Notes: generated by a model from the sequence alone, not told the origin. Positions 23,351-38,115 are shown, counted from the stretch's first letter. The stretch: 64,000 nucleotides of DNA from Mobula hypostoma (GCF_963921235.1 NC_086097.1:124188001-124252000), one strand, 5' to 3'. Made by a program: numbers and translations.

Positions 23351-24607
23351 ATGATTTCCCAAGTTTTGCCGCACAACTTTAGTTATACAAGCATAATTAT
23401 TTCTTCTGATTCTTAAGCAAATTATTACCAGCTAAGGGCAAAATGATGCACAGCAGTGATGCAGCAGCAAATAATCCTGGCATAGCATTCAAGAGAACAG
23501 AACTCAAATCCCAACATGGTTGTGGTATTTATCTGGAATTTTAAAAAAGTCATTAGAAATGACCATAAACCCCAACTACCAGTTTGCCTGACCTACGAGC
23601 ATCGTTCAGGAAGGAAAGATCATATCGCTACCCTGGTCTGGGCTTACTTGCCACTCCAGACCCACTAACATGGCACCCTTTCAAATGTCCTCTAAAACAG
23701 CTGACCCAGCTGCTCTTTAGCAGTTACTGCTAGTCTTGATAGCAATCTCACAAGGTGAGTAACAGTAACAATCCTGTTTAAAATTCACTGGTCTGTCAAA
23801 AGAAAACTCTGCCACATCCTCTCTCACTTCCACAATCGCCCCAAACTGAAAAAAAGCATTGTAAACGGTTTCTTAAACTGCCAAATATCCTATTATCTGT
23901 GTTGCTCACTCACACTTAAGAATAAAAGGCATAAAATTCAACCTCAGCGCCATTCAAGATGCCTGTCTTTTCCATCATTCCAAATATTTGTTCGAACAGC
24001 TCAACCTACAAGGAAAACTTAAGCTCAATTGGTACGACATCCTTATCTGATAATGTTACCAGCAGCACATTCCAGTTAAACCAAAGATTTACTGGATTCA
24101 ATATCAGATTTTCCTAGTGGAAAATTGCTTACAGCCAGATGCTACATTAAATTACAGTTAACTATGCACTTTTTGGAAATGCTTCAGTCTCCATCTTTGA
24201 CAAAGGAAGAAATTAGGAATACTACACTAACAAATTACTTCACATGTTGTCTGTGGAAGATTCCTGAGATGTATAGAATTACATTTTTTAAATACCTGTT
24301 GGTAATACTTGTTAATTCTAATTTCCTTTACACCCAGGGAATTCAAAAGTTAAATTGTATTTTGAAGTATTGTATGAAACAGTTTCACAATACATTGTCA
24401 TTGCTTCTGAGAGACACTGGAGATTTGGAACTCAGATTCTTGATCCACAGAGGTAGTCATTTAGAGCTCATCAATGCACCAATTTGAACGTGATGACAAC
24501 TATTACGTATCCAGGTGGCTCACAGTCAGAAGATGAAGTTCTCATTAAACTGAATCTCAAGCAGAAAAGTAACATGTCAGCCTACATGTGTACAGGAGAT
24601 ACCAAAT

Positions 24608-25109
24608 ACAGTGGTCACTGAGGGCATGCTCGTGGTCTGCTGCTGTAACCTATCCACTTCAAGGTTCGACGTGTGTTATGCTCTTCTGCACACCACTGTC
24701 GTAATGCATGGTTATTTGAGTTACAGTCAACTTCCTGTCCTCCTGAACCAATCTTGCCATTCTCCCCTGCCCTTTCTCATTAACAAAGTACTTTCGTCCA
24801 CAGAACTGTTGTTCACTGGATTTTCTTCTGCTGCTCGCACCACCCCGTGAACTCTAGAGGCTGGAGTGCATGAAAATCCCATGAGATCAGCAGTTTCTGA
24901 GATACTCAAACCACTCCGTTTGGCACCAGCAATCATTCCACAGTCAATATCACTTAGATCACATTTGCTCCCCATTCTGATGTTTGGTCTGAACAACAAC
25001 TGAACCTCTTGACCATGTCAGCATGTTTGATTTGCTGCCACACAACTGGCTGATTAGATACTTGCATGAACGAGCCTGCATATGTGCACCTAATAAAGTG
25101 GCCACTGAG
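24608..25109 (-). mobile_element. Non-autonomous Tc1/mariner element (about 500 bp family), copy A
   Basis: TIR taataaagtggccactgag; residual transposase HTH MGSKCDLSDIDCGMIAGAKRSGLSISETADLMGFS. Confidence 0.85.
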
Positions 25110-26812
25110 AATACAATGGATGTGTATGGTTTGTTGAGGACAATGCAGCCCTGCTTGTTGTTTAGAACCCCAAAGCTTACACCATAAAACTTCAAACTTT
25201 GTATTCTTATAGAACTTCCCAGTTCATCGCAAGGAGCATTAAAACCATTGGGGGGGGTGGGGGGGGGAGTTCTTGAAGGTTCATAAATAGGGATCCATGC
25301 TGATAGAAGACATTAGGGTCATTTTGATGATTTGCTAAACTCTATTGGAAATGCACTTCCAACAGACTAGGCCAAATAAAGACATGCACAACAGTTTTCT
25401 TTTTGTGGATACTAGCTGTAAAAATTAATCGCTACTATGTTTCGCTGGCACTTCCTTAAGGCAAACTAAAGGCAAGACTTTTAAATATAGATTTTGGTAG
25501 GCTTCACTGCAGTGTCAACTAGGAGAAATAATAAGGAGAAAGTTAATTTATTAATTTTTATTCAAATTTAGAATGAGCCTTGAATATTTTAACAGCTATA
25601 TAAATAGTTAATTTTATGCCATATTTTAACATTCGTCAGTGTTGCAATAATTCTGAGTTGCTGACAGTGCTACATTTCCTGCAATTGAAAGTGTAAGATC
25701 AGCTGAATATGGAACAATGGAAAATCTCACTCACTGCAAAAATGAGTTTGGAATGCTTTTTAAAAAGCTACAAGAATCTTATAATTTTTGTAACCACTTC
25801 CTCTGCTCCTCAAGAACATGACTGGGTTTTCTTCTCCCTAGCCAAATCCTTCCTATCCTTGGATTCAAATCTTCCCCCATAATAATAATAATAATATCAA
25901 ATCTACCAATAATTACATTAAACATTGAAGAAGCAGCCATACCTATGGGACAGAATATCTAATCACACACAGACGATAGGGTCTTTTAAGAGACTCCTGG
26001 ATGGCTACATGGAGCTTAGAAAAATAGAGGGCTATGGGTAAAGCCAAGGTAGTTCTAAGGTAAGGACATGTTCGGCACAGCTTTGTGGGCCAAAGGGCCT
26101 GTATTGTGCTGTAGGTTTTCTATGTTTCTAAGAACATTCAGAATCCTTATTGTTGTCTCTAGTTATTTAATAGTTGTAGAATATAGAGCATTACATCAAC
26201 AGTACAGGCCCTTCAGCACACAATGTTGTGTTGACCTTTTAAACTACTCTAAGATCGATCTAACCCTTCCCGCCATTTTATTATCATCCAAATGCCTATC
26301 TAACTTCTTCTACCACCACCCTTGGCAGGACATTCCACACATCCAATATTGTGTAGAAAACTTGCCTCTGATATCCCCTTCTAAACTTTTCTCCAATTAC
26401 CTTAAAATTATAGCACATAACAGCACAGTACAGGTCCTTCTGCCCACTATGTTGTGCCAATTATACCCCCTGGTATTAGCCATTTCAACCCTGCAAAATG
26501 TCTCTGGCTATCCACTCAATTTATGCCTCTTATCATTTTGTACATCTCTATCAAATTATACTAGCTTACGTCCATCATGTAACAATTTCTGGCCTAGGAG
26601 AAAGCACTTTGGCTATCCACTTGAGCTATGCCTCTCAAGACCTCTATCAAGTTATCCAAGTTAATTGCACATCCATGACTTAAAATTCAGGAATTTAGAG
26701 GATTCCAAGAATCAGTGTAACTTTAACTGAGAACAGGAAAATATAATTGCAACTAAAATGTACCTTATTCCAAATTAGCATATATCAGAGCACTTTTAAA
26801 CATCAACTGTAC

Positions 26813-26975
26813 CTTCCTGCCAACATATACGGGAATCCCAATGATCATGGCTGGAATGGCAATCCCTGCAATGAGTGCGATTCCAACTGGAGCACCAACT
26901 AACGTGCCAAGCTGCCACAGGATCTTCTTTTTACGACTCCAGGGCTTCTTTCCCCAAAACGTACAGCCTGAAGGA
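26813..26975 (-). CDS. RNF19A: RNF19A coding exon 4 (first hydrophobic/TM segment)
   Basis: ttctccag|[61 protein letters not shown]; donor AAG|gtacag; 163 nt. Confidence 0.96.
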
Positions 26976-27159
26976 CTGGAGAAGGGCAAAGCACAGAGTT
27001 AAACACAAAAGTATAAGACAAAGCAATTGAGTACGTGGCACTTATTTTAATACAATTTCAAAAATAAAAAGTTTAATGAAAGCTTACCACTCAGTAGCAG
27101 AATGGAACCCAGGTAATCAAAAATAATCATATGCCGCAAATGCAACGTCCTTTTAAATA

Positions 27160-27694
27160 CTCTCAGTGACCACTTTATTAGGTACATACTCCTGCTCATC
27201 AATGCAAATGTTTAATCAGCCAATCATGTAGCAGCAACTCAATGCATAAAAACACGCAGACATGGTTAAGAGGTTCAGTTGTTGTTCAGACCAAACATCA
27301 GAATGAGAAGGAAATGCGATATCTGTGACTTTGACCATTGGTGCTAGACAGGGTGGTTTGAGTATCTCAGAAACTGCTGATCTTCTGGGATTTTCATGCA
27401 TAATTGTCTCTCAATTTAATACAGAATGGTGCAATGAACAAGAAAAACATCCAGATATTGGCAGTTCTGTGGACGAGAATGCCTTTTTAATGAGAGAGGT
27501 CAGAGGAGAATAGCCAGACTGGTCTAAGCTGACAGGAAGCCGACAGAAACTCAGATAACCACACATTACAACAGTGGTGTGCAGAAGAGCACCTCTGAAT
27601 GCACAGCACTTCAAACATTGAAGTGGATGGGCTACAGCAGCACAAGACTTACACCAAGTTCCATTCTTGTACCTATTGAAGTGGCCAATGGATG
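27160..27694 (+). mobile_element. Non-autonomous Tc1/mariner element, copy B
   Basis: ta|ctctcagtgaccactttattaggtac ... gtacctattgaagtggccaatggatg|ta; GARQGGLSISETADLLGFS. Confidence 0.88.
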
Positions 27695-30465
27695 TATAAA
27701 TCCATGGTCAATGCAATTTGCTTGAGGGGAGAAATAACATTTGATTTTTTAAACAAGTTAATTATAGATTGCACAGCGAAATAATCTTGAAGTAAGTCCA
27801 TATTTCAGACAATCTGAACAAACCAATATATCTATTCCACAAGCAGAATTTGAGTTTCTTCAACTTGAAGTCAAAATCATTAAACATTTACGATACAAAC
27901 CGCATTCATCCGATCATGGGACCTTAAGTATAGCAATCAAAGCTAACTAGTAAAGCATTCTAATCATTTCCTGTCAAGTAACAGAACTGTCATTTTAATG
28001 GCATTTACACAATCATCAACTGAGTTAACAGCTTGATGCTCTTGATGCTCTCAATTCTGTACAGGCTAAATTGTGGGCAATTATGAAATGCTTGAAAACC
28101 TGGGTTGCTTTTCTGGCTGACTGGAATCTTAATTGTAATTTTTTTTAAGGGTTCCATTTCATTAGCTTTCATTCCTGTTATTCTCCACAGCCCCTTAACC
28201 AGTGATTTAAAACAAAACAGTCAAAGGAATGCCTAACTTTGAAGTGACCCAAAAATTCTGTTCCCTTATTAAAAACATCTGAATTCAAATTACTTCAGAA
28301 CTGGAATACTGGTTCAGCTCCAAACCAGTTATTGGGATTGGAAGCTGGAACAGAGGAGATATATCCAAGTGAAATCTGTTTCCTTACTTCAGCCAGGGTA
28401 TTTCAGATGCGGCTGCCCTGACAGGGCGGTGGCTCTTCAGATTCATTTATTTCTCACACTGACATTGAAACATTCTGTGAGATGTATCATTTATGCTTAC
28501 AACCAGCACAACCTAACAATGTGCTGGGGCAGCCCACAAACATCATCACATACAGCATGCCCAACATGTTCACAGAATATGGTGCCACTTGCCTGGTCAA
28601 TATTTATTTCTAGACTCTGAAGTTCCCGTACACTACTTCCTCTCCAAAAAATTCTCTTCCAGTTTTTTTTTGGCATAGTTCTACAAGCTACATTGCACAA
28701 GTGGCATCTGACATACTTTAATGCAGACAGCAAAGGTGGCTAACTATACAACCACAAGAGGCACATCCTAGCCCACTTCCTTGCCCAACACACCAAATAC
28801 CCAGCACCTGCCATTAAAACAAATTTCAGGACACAAAATTTCAATATTAAATATTCTAGGCAATATTTTTAAGCAACTTCAATGACATTACCACATTTGT
28901 ATGGCAAGGTAGGAAGTCAAAAAGGTTTCTAAAAAAAATTATGAGTATACTACATAACATGTAGGGAGAATGTTTCAAATAGTGAAGACTCTAGGACCAG
29001 AAGGCACAGCCTCAGAATACAAGAACATCCCTTTACAACAAAGATGAGGTGGAATTTCTTTAGCCAGACTGTGGTGAATCAATGTAATGCATTGTCATAG
29101 ATGGCTGTGGTTATATTTAAAGTGGAAGTTCTTGATTAGTAAGGACACAGGTTATAGGGGGAAGCTAAGAGAATGGGGTTTAGAGGGATAACTAATCAGC
29201 AATGATTAAATAGCAGTTCAGACTCGGTGGGATGAACGTCCCAATTCTGTTCCTATGTCTGATGGCCAATGCTGTCCGAATGCCTTTGGTAGCAAAGGTG
29301 AAATTAATCAAAGTATAGGCTAGAAGACTCAAAGTTAAATTTCAAATCAGTACATCTAGAAAAGGCTGCTGGATATCGATATCTGGCTTTCATTCCTCAG
29401 ATTAAGTACAAGAAAATTCCATTGAGATGGAAGTATTATTCTATATTGCCAAGATTTCAGCTGCTACCTAGTGCTTACTTTTGTTTTCTGTAAAAATCCA
29501 AGCTGCTAAACTCCTGATGTTTCAATCTAACTGAATACTTCATCGCCACTGTTAAAGACACAAGATTATGTCAAGCAACATGGTCCATTACATTTTCTTC
29601 ATGGTCACTGTCATGGATTCTATTTCTGCCAATGAACCGAAAATGTTCTACAGTTCATTCTAAGAATTTTCAGAGAATGTTTCGTGTAGTTTAAGGCTAT
29701 AAAACCTAAATATTAAGATTTGGACTATTAAACAGCAAGTTAAATTGCATACCACCAGTGCCCTAAGTTGCATCAAGTCCAGTACACCCTTCCAATATTT
29801 GCCAAGCCAACTGACAACCTGCAAGCAAACATTTTTGAAGAATCGCCCTTCACTAAATTTCTTGCAGCAAACAAACCTTCAGATCTTCTGCACAGACAGA
29901 AGTCCAGAATCAGGTTTACTATCACTGGTGTATGTAGTGAAATTTAAGGTTTTGAAATACATAATAAAATCTAGTTACAATATAAAAGAGAAATTAGACC
30001 AAATAGTGAGGTAGTGTTCATGGGTTCATTGTCTGTTCAGAAATTGGATGACAGAGAAGAAGCTGTTCCTAAAAGGTTAAATGTGGACCCGGAGGATGGA
30101 TAGCAATGAGAAGAGGGCATGTCCTTAATATTGAAGGCCACCTTCTGACAATAACGTAAAATCATATAAATGATGGAAAAAGATAACAAAAACAACGAGG
30201 TAGTGATCCTTGTGTCCGGTTTTCTTCATTCCATTACTAGCAGCCATTTGTACTCAAGACTGAAAATGCATCCCAAAGCTCTTCCTTTCTTTAAGGGTCC
30301 TTAAAATATTTACTCAAGTTTTTGCTAGCCTTTTCTAATGTCTCCTAGTACAGCGTGGATCAAATTTAAGTTTCCCTTGAGAAATTTTGGTAAAGTCATT
30401 CTATCCTAATATATTTACAATCCTCTATTCATCAGATTTTCAATATACAACTGTTCTCTGCTTAC

Positions 30466-30610
30466 CTTAAATAGTGCAGGTCAGAGATTTCTTTCATACA
30501 TAGCCAGCAGAATTCACAACCACATACAGCACAAGTCATATGATTACAGCTTCCATCATTCATTTTTATTATGTATGCTGCACATCGTGGACAAGGCTTA
30601 ATATCATCCG
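30466..30610 (-). CDS. RNF19A: RNF19A coding exon 3 (RING2/Rcat with catalytic Cys)
   Basis: Not in the ORF track. ttctttacag|CG GAT GAT ATT AAG CCT TGT translates as [47 protein letters not shown]; donor AAG|gtaagc; 145 nt. Confidence 0.96.
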
Positions 30611-31555
30611 CTGTAAAGAATTAATAAATTACATTATTCACAAATACAAAATGATGAGTAAAAATGGTAATAAGACACAAGATCAGAATTAGGCAATTGG
30701 GCACATCGAATCTGATTTGGTCTCTTTTTCACACCCCTATTCTTCAGCTTCTCCCCATAACCTTTGACGCCTTTATTAATCAAGAACCTACCAACTAATG
30801 CCATAAATATACCCAATGCCTTGGCTTTCACAGCTGTCTGTGCAATGAATTCCCCAGATTCACCATCCTCTGGCTAAAGAAATTCCTCATCTCTATTCTA
30901 AAGGGATGTTCTTCTATTCTAAGGCCATGCCATGTCCACTAAAAATTGAATGCATCATAGGCAGAATCAAATGGTTGGAAAAACAGATCTGCAGGTTCAT
31001 AATTATACACTTATTTTTATTTTCTATGTTTTCAGTGCAGCTACAATCTTCATTAATTACGAACAAGATTTTGCAAAGAAACAGTTGATTCTTAGAAGCA
31101 TTCTATACATACAATTTTTGTTAAATAAAAGGACCACAGAACATAAAAAGGTATAGCATAGTACTTCTGGCCCACATTGTTGTGCCAACCCTTTAACCCA
31201 CTCCAAGATCAATCTAATCCTTCTCTCCCACATTACCCTTCCCTCTCTTCCAATATTCCTTAGTTTAGCACTGTTTACAAGGTCAATCTTAGTGAAAATT
31301 TTCAGGATTAAATCACAACCAATTTCAACATTGAAAATGACTGCAGACTATGTTAGGTCTAAATATGCTGCAAATTAATTACAGAACAAATTACTATGGC
31401 ATAAATAGTACATAGTAAACAATGCCAAAAAGTGATCTTCCATGACCCAGCATTTTCTCTACAATGACCAAGGTTCTGCAGTGCACTTCAGCAAGTGCAG
31501 GCAACAATTTCACACAAACCTCTCCCAGGTTGGTGTGGATAGCTATGTTCTAAAC

Positions 31556-31640
31556 CAGGAGTCTCCATCCTTTTTTTATGCCATGAACCAGTACTATTAA
31601 GGAAGTGGTCTGTGGAACCCAGCTTGGGGATCTCAGCTCT
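31556..31640. mobile_element. Very short degenerate hAT-type MITE; related copy at 46387-46468
   Basis: Both copies share cagg...cca(a/t)cctttttttatg(c/t)catg(a/g)acc..tactattaa...ggtctg.gga.ccca. Confidence 0.5.
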
Positions 31641-33492
31641 GAACTATCTAGCTGCATTTAATATCCATTCAAATTTCACCTGCCATTACTTCTCTTGAGC
31701 CTTCCACTGGGTGGCCTAGAAAACTATCCAATGCAGGGGAGACATTGATATTCAATGATAATGATAAATTTAAATTTAATATTGGTAGAATGTGGAACTG
31801 TTGATACAGCAGTGCAAATTACTTCAAAAGCAATGCTAGATGAACTAAGAATGGCAGACAGCTTGTGCGGACATGAACAATTAGGCTGTAAGGGCTGTTT
31901 CTAAGGTATGTTAAAATTTGAGATAAAGTTGCTGTTTAAAAGTGCTCTGGTAGATGTTAATTTAGAAAATGTACATTTTAATTGCAAGTGTATTGTAGCA
32001 GTTAAAGTTGCACTGATTCTTGAACTCTGCATTTCTGAATTTTCAGTCATGGGTGTAAACTAGGATAACTTGATAGAGGTGTTAACAAGATAATGAGGGG
32101 CATAGATCGAGTAGATAGCCAGAGACCTTTCACGCAAAGGCCTTGTTTTAAGGAGATTGCAGGAAAGTATATAGGGAGGACATAAGAGGCAAGTTTTTTT
32201 TTAAACAAATTGAGTGGGTGTGGTGGTAGATGCAGATATATTGAAGGCATTTAAAATAGGCACATGGATAATAGAAAAATGGAGGGGTATGTAGGATGGA
32301 AGGGTTAGATTGATCTAAGAGTAGATTAAAAGGTTGACACAACATTGTGGGAAAGAGCCTGTACTGTAATGTTCTAATGAGCATGTACTGTGTTGTGCTT
32401 TTTACATCTACTGCCTCATGATGATTGAGCTATCGCAAAAAAAAATTCAAGAAAGATTTTTCATGGTACTTATGACCACACAAGGATCTTCTGATCCACC
32501 TAACCCTACCACTCCTCCCCATCCAACACCTTCAATTCAATATTACCAGCTCAACTCTATTGCCCAACCAGATTGAACACTCATCCCAACAACTGGCTTG
32601 ACCTTGTCAATCAAATAGAATTGTCCAGACCTCCCAATAAGAGCTACTGGGTGGCTGGTGCAATGGCATCAACCACCTGATGTCCACATGATAAAATGTG
32701 CTCTCATCGCTGGATATGTCACGATTCAACAAGTACATTTCTAACTTGCAATGACATGGAAGCAATTTGGCTTGGAAAAACTAGCAGAAATTGCGAATAC
32801 CTGTAGCTTTTAAAGTGTGGTATTTTGATGGAACCATCTATAGAAAGAGCTAAACTCTGAAAAAATAACATATACACTTTTCCCAATTCAAAACTAACCT
32901 TGTTCTTTTGAACTCAGATCTGCAGCGATGTTTAATAAGTAACACACACAAAATGCTGGAAGAACTCAGCAGGTCGGGCAGAATCGAAGGAAAGGAAGGA
33001 AGAGTCGACGTTTCAGTTCCTAATGAAGGGTCCCGGCCCAAAAAATTGACTCTTGCCTAACCTACTGTGTTCCTCCAGCATCTTGTGTATGTTACTCTGG
33101 ATTTCCAGCATCTGCAGTTATTTTGCACGTAGCTATGATCTTGATTTCAGATGACAATAGACTAACCTATTTATGAATAGATGTAGGAATCCAGCTGCAA
33201 GCAAGGACATTCTCAAAATAAGCCATTTACAATAATTCCTGAAATAGTGATGTTCATACAAACACAACATGGACACTGTAAATTGGGATAACATCAAAGC
33301 AAGGAAAAGGTCCCATCTGAAGCACTGGTGCCAAAATAAAGTCCCCACCCCCACCCAAAGGAAGATTGTTAGAATCAATCAGGATAAAACCTATAGCTGG
33401 GTCATGGGCTGTTTGCGAAGAGAACGTAAATTTTTATCACCCCAAACTAGTCAACAATTGTAGAAACCACAATTAAAATACATTGTTATTAC

Positions 33493-33815
33493 CTGTCGAA
33501 CGAGATGGTAGAATTTGATTGACCAGCAGACTATTTATTTCAGGTAACCCCTTTCTTCCTGTAATCTCATCCTGAACGTATCTACGAAGTGTCCAGTTTT
33601 CTGTAGCCGTTGCTCCAGATTCTTGACTGTAGCTGATTGATGACGAACGCATTGTTCTTAGTCGTAAGCTCTGCGCTCTCTGTTGACGAGCAGCATCGCA
33701 AGTCTGATTCGGGTGCCATATTTGCTTACAGTGGTAACAGAACTCAGTACCACATCCTTCTCGGGCACAAGTCAGTTTTGGACAGCTGGCACAGCCAAAT
33801 GCTATCACTGCATAA
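33493..33815 (-). CDS. RNF19A: RNF19A coding exon 2 (IBR domain plus extended linker)
   Basis: Acceptor ttttgcag|T TAT GCA; encodes [69 protein letters not shown]. The first strong phase-1 donor is ACAG|gtaata at 33493/33492; this donor position is less certain than the rest. Confidence 0.88.
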
Positions 33816-34244
33816 CTGCAAAAGATAAAAATATACTGATTGTCTGCATAATAAATTCACTTTTGACCCCTTCTAGAGTGTAGTGGACATCAAAATCCTA
33901 TCAATAAATTATATGTACTAAAAAGTTTCCAGACTTCAAATGCTTAACTCATTCAGCAACATCATAAAAACCTCCAGGTTCATTTTTGCAAATTATCAAA
34001 ATGATAGCAAATAGGCTCTAGTAGTACACAATGTGTCAGTAATAGTTTTCTTCTCTCACATGGATGCTTTGTCACCTCATAAGTAAGCTCAGCATCTTAC
34101 TTTTCAGTCTCAACTTGTATAATCCAAAATCCATGTACTACACCAAATCCAAAGTGTTTGTATGCCTTATGCAAATTAAATCAGATAGCTGCATCTTTTT
34201 GCATGCTTCTCCAAGCTTCCTAAAGGCAGATAGGACAAAGAAGA

Positions 34245-34592
34245 CCATAAGATAAAGGAACAGAATTAGGCCACTCAGCTCATCCAGTCTGCTCCACTGT
34301 CCAGGCATCATCGATTTACTATCCTTCTTAACCCCTTTCTCCTGCCTTCTCCCTTAAACACCCTTACTAATCAAGAACCTATCAATCTCCACTTTAAATA
34401 TACCCAATTACTTGGCCTCCACGGCCATCTGTGGCAATGAATTCCACAGATTCAACCTCCCAGCATAAATTCATCATCATATCTGTTCTAAAGGAACGTG
34501 CTTGTATCCAGAGGCTATGCCCTCTGGTCTTAAGACTTCCCCACTGTAGGAAATATCCTCACGGTGTCCACTCCAACCCTTTCAATATTTGG
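34245..34592 (-). mobile_element. Degenerate CR1 3' fragment
   Basis: ccataagataaaggaacagaattaggcc...actaatcaagaacctatcaa...ctgtggcaatgaattccacagattc. Confidence 0.8.
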
Positions 34593-35424
34593 TAAGATGT
34601 GAATAGCTGATGTGATGGATGAATGGTAATGAATTCAAAATAAAAGTTATGATTAGATTCACTTAATTGAATTTAAATGTTTCATTTTGAAATCTTTATA
34701 TCCTCAGGTTTAAAAGACAGTCACAAAAGGATTCTCAGAGATGTCCGAAGGTGACCAGATGAAATACATGCAATGCAGTAGTTGACAAGACAATTCACTT
34801 AGCAGCTCATGGAATTCAAGTATTAATTGTTTAAAAGCTGAAGTGCTGCACATTATCATAGATATCTCCATCATTGTCAAAAACTGTACCTGAAATTTAC
34901 ACAATAAGGGTATCAAAGGTTACAAGGAGAAGGCAGGAGAATAGGGTCAAGTGGTAAAATAAATCAGCCATGATGGAATGACAGAGTAGACTCCATGAGC
35001 CAAATGGCCCAACTCTGCTCCTATGTTTTATGGTCTGAAACAGTGTTAATGTTGATTTAACTGAAAATATTTAAGAGACAGCTTGATGGCTCACCATCTC
35101 AGACTTCAGTACTATGTTAGGTTTTACGACTTATTTCAAGTGTGACTGTTGTCTGGAAATCAGAGTTCAACAAATGAACAAAATCAGCTTAGGGGACGGC
35201 AATATCCTTATGCAAAAGCAAATGTGATAGAGCAAGTGTGAAAACAATGAATCCACACAGTATCTTCATGCAAAAAATACCATCCTATGCTGCTTAAAAT
35301 GCTATCTGTAAATGTAATGTGATGTTGAAATGTCAAAATCTATAACTATACTGAAAAACGAACAGCATTATAAATTTGTGGAGCTGCCAGCTGGATTTCG
35401 GAAAGAAAAGATAACTCCCTTGAA

Positions 35425-36490
35425 AGGTTTATTCGGATCACAAGCAACAGGCATGGTTATAGCATTGGCTGATTGGTAACAGGCAGCAAATGGGAATAAA
35501 AGGACCCTTTTCTGATTGGCTGCCAGTGACTAGTGGTGTTCTATAGGGGTCGATGTTGGGACCGCTTCTTTTTATGCTAGATATCAATGCTTTAGATGAC
35601 GGAACAGGTGGTTTGGTTGCCAACTTTGCAGATGATACGAAGATGGCTGGAAAGGCAGGGAGTGTTGAGGAAACAGGTAGGCTGCAGGAGGACTAGGACA
35701 GATTAGGAGAATGGGCAAGAACGTGGCAAATAAAATACTATGTTGGAAAATGCATGGTCATGCACTTTGGTAGAAGAAATAAATGTGCGGACTATTTTCT
35801 AAGTGGGGAAAAAATCCAAAAATCTGAGATGCAAAGGGACTTGGGAGGTTAACTTGTAGGTAGAATTGGTGTTCAGGAAGGCAAATGCAATGTTAGCATT
35901 AATTTCGAAAGGTCTAGAATACAAGAGCAGGGACATGATGCTGAGGCTTTATAATGCACAGGGGAAGCCTTACCTTGAGTATTGTGAACAGTTTTGGGCT
36001 ACTTATCTAAGAAAAGACGTGCTGGCATTGGAGGGGGTTCAGAGGAGTTTCCAGGAATGAAAGGGTTATCATAAAAGGAACGTTTGACAGCTCTAGGTCT
36101 GTACATGTTGGAATTTAGAAGGACAAGGAGGGGCAGATCTCATTGAAACCTTTCGAATGTTGAAAGGCCTAGACAGAGTAGATATGGAAAGAATGTTTCC
36201 CATGATGGGGGATTCCAGGACAAGGGAGTACAGTCTCAGGATAGTGGGGCATCCATTTAAAACAGAGATGCGGAGAAATTTCTTTAGTCAATGGGTGGTG
36301 AGTTTGTGGAATTTATTACTAGGCCATTGGGTGTATTTAAGGCAGAGATTGATAGGTTCTTGATTGGGCATGGCAAAGGTTACGGGAAGAAGGCTGGAAG
36401 GTTGGACTAAGGGGGAGAAAAGGATCAGCCATGACTGAATGTCTGAGCCGACTCAATGGGCCAAATGGCCTAATTCTGCTTCTATGTCTT
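35425..36490 (+). mobile_element. Decayed CR1 RT fragment with 3' end
   Basis: gtgactagtggtgtt, tttgcagatgatac (FADD) and KANAMLALISKGLEYKSRD; multiple stops and frameshifts. Confidence 0.9.
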
Positions 36491-36855
36491 TTTTAAAAAA
36501 AAAAGATGAAGCCTTGGAACTGAAAACTGTTTTCCATTGCAAAGCTTCAGATTAGTCACACTGCTAAAATCATTAGAAACACCTTAAGATGAACATATGC
36601 ATGGAATCAGGAATATATAGCTAACAAAACCAAAAAATGTTAACATTTATGTAGGACAATTTGGGCTTCACTTGGGAAATAGATTGAGCAATTACGTGCA
36701 GCGTGATGTACCACGGAATTTCAATTAGCACAAAAAGGTTGATACATTTGGAGGCATAAACATAGGTGTCCACATACTCACTAGGACTGTATAGTTGACA
36801 AAGTGAATGCTACGTTGTTGCCAATATCTCAATGGCTGAATAATCATAAAATGTT

Positions 36856-37356
36856 GTGGCCACTTTATTAGGTACACCTGGTCATTAATGCAGCTATCTA
36901 ATCAGCTAAACATAAGGGAACAACTCAATGCATAAAAGCATGTAGACATGGTCAAGAGGTTCGGTTGTTCAAACATCAGAATGGGGAAGAAATGTGATCT
37001 AAGTGACTTTGACCATGGAACTGTTGGTGCCAGGCGGCCTGGTTTGAATATCTCAGAAACTAATAATCACCTGGGGTTTTCACGCACAACAGTCTCTACA
37101 AAGAATGGTGCACAATACAGAAAATATTCAGTGAGTGGCAGTTCTGTGGGCGAAAATGCCTTGTTAATGACAGAGGTCAGAGGAGAATGACCAGACTGAT
37201 TCAAGCTGACAGGAAGGTGACTTAAGCAATCACATGTTCTTCTGCACCAGTGTCGTAACATCTGTGAACACACATGTTGAACATTAAAGTGAATGGCTAC
37301 AGCAGCAAAGACCACATCGGGCTACACTCCTGTAGTTAATAAAGTGGCCATTGAGT
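36856..37356 (+). mobile_element. Non-autonomous Tc1/mariner element, copy C
   Basis: gtggccactttattaggtacac ... taataaagtggccattgag; MGKKCDLSDFDHGTVGARRPGLNISET. Confidence 0.88.
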
Positions 37357-38115
37357 ACAAATTTATTTATGCTTACATATGGCAGTGGATATAAAAATTT
37401 TTAAAAATATTTTAATCGCACTAAGGATTTGAGCTAAAAGCACAAACTGGAAATCAGGTGATTAAGCCCTTCTGTAATTAAAGGAAACAACTCCCAATAC
37501 AAGGTATTCTTGCCTCCCAACCTCAATGAATTCCAAAACAATGTAAATCACATCCTCTGATGGCAATGTTTAGCGTTCCTTCTACGTAAAAAAAAATCAG
37601 ATTTCCCACTTACAAAGTAGATAAACAGTTGTCCTCTTTACACAATTAAACTAACTCCTACTTTTTTGCCAGGTGAAATCACAATTGAACTTAGCAACAA
37701 GGCACTCTCAATACTAATGACATAACATCATTTATTGTTAATGAGTGTTATTTCATTAATATTGAGAATCTTTATACTATCAATATTGAGAACTATATTA
37801 TTCTTTAGTATTGAGTGTACATTGATGATGGTTTAAATGAAATACTGTCATGTGAATAGGAGATCACCTTCAGCCATAAAATACAAACTCAGGTTTTCAT
37901 CAACATACACAGGAAATATTCATGAGGGTAGAGAAAATAATTGTCAAATTAAGTCTTCATCTGCATTTAACGTCTGGATCTATTAATGAACTTAAATTGG
38001 GGCACAACATTTGATGCTCACATCTTCTTGAAACCTAGCTTGTGACCACTTAAAGCAAACAAGCCATAGTGAGCATGTGGAGAACTGATGTTCTCAATAT
38101 TACTTATTAGTATTA

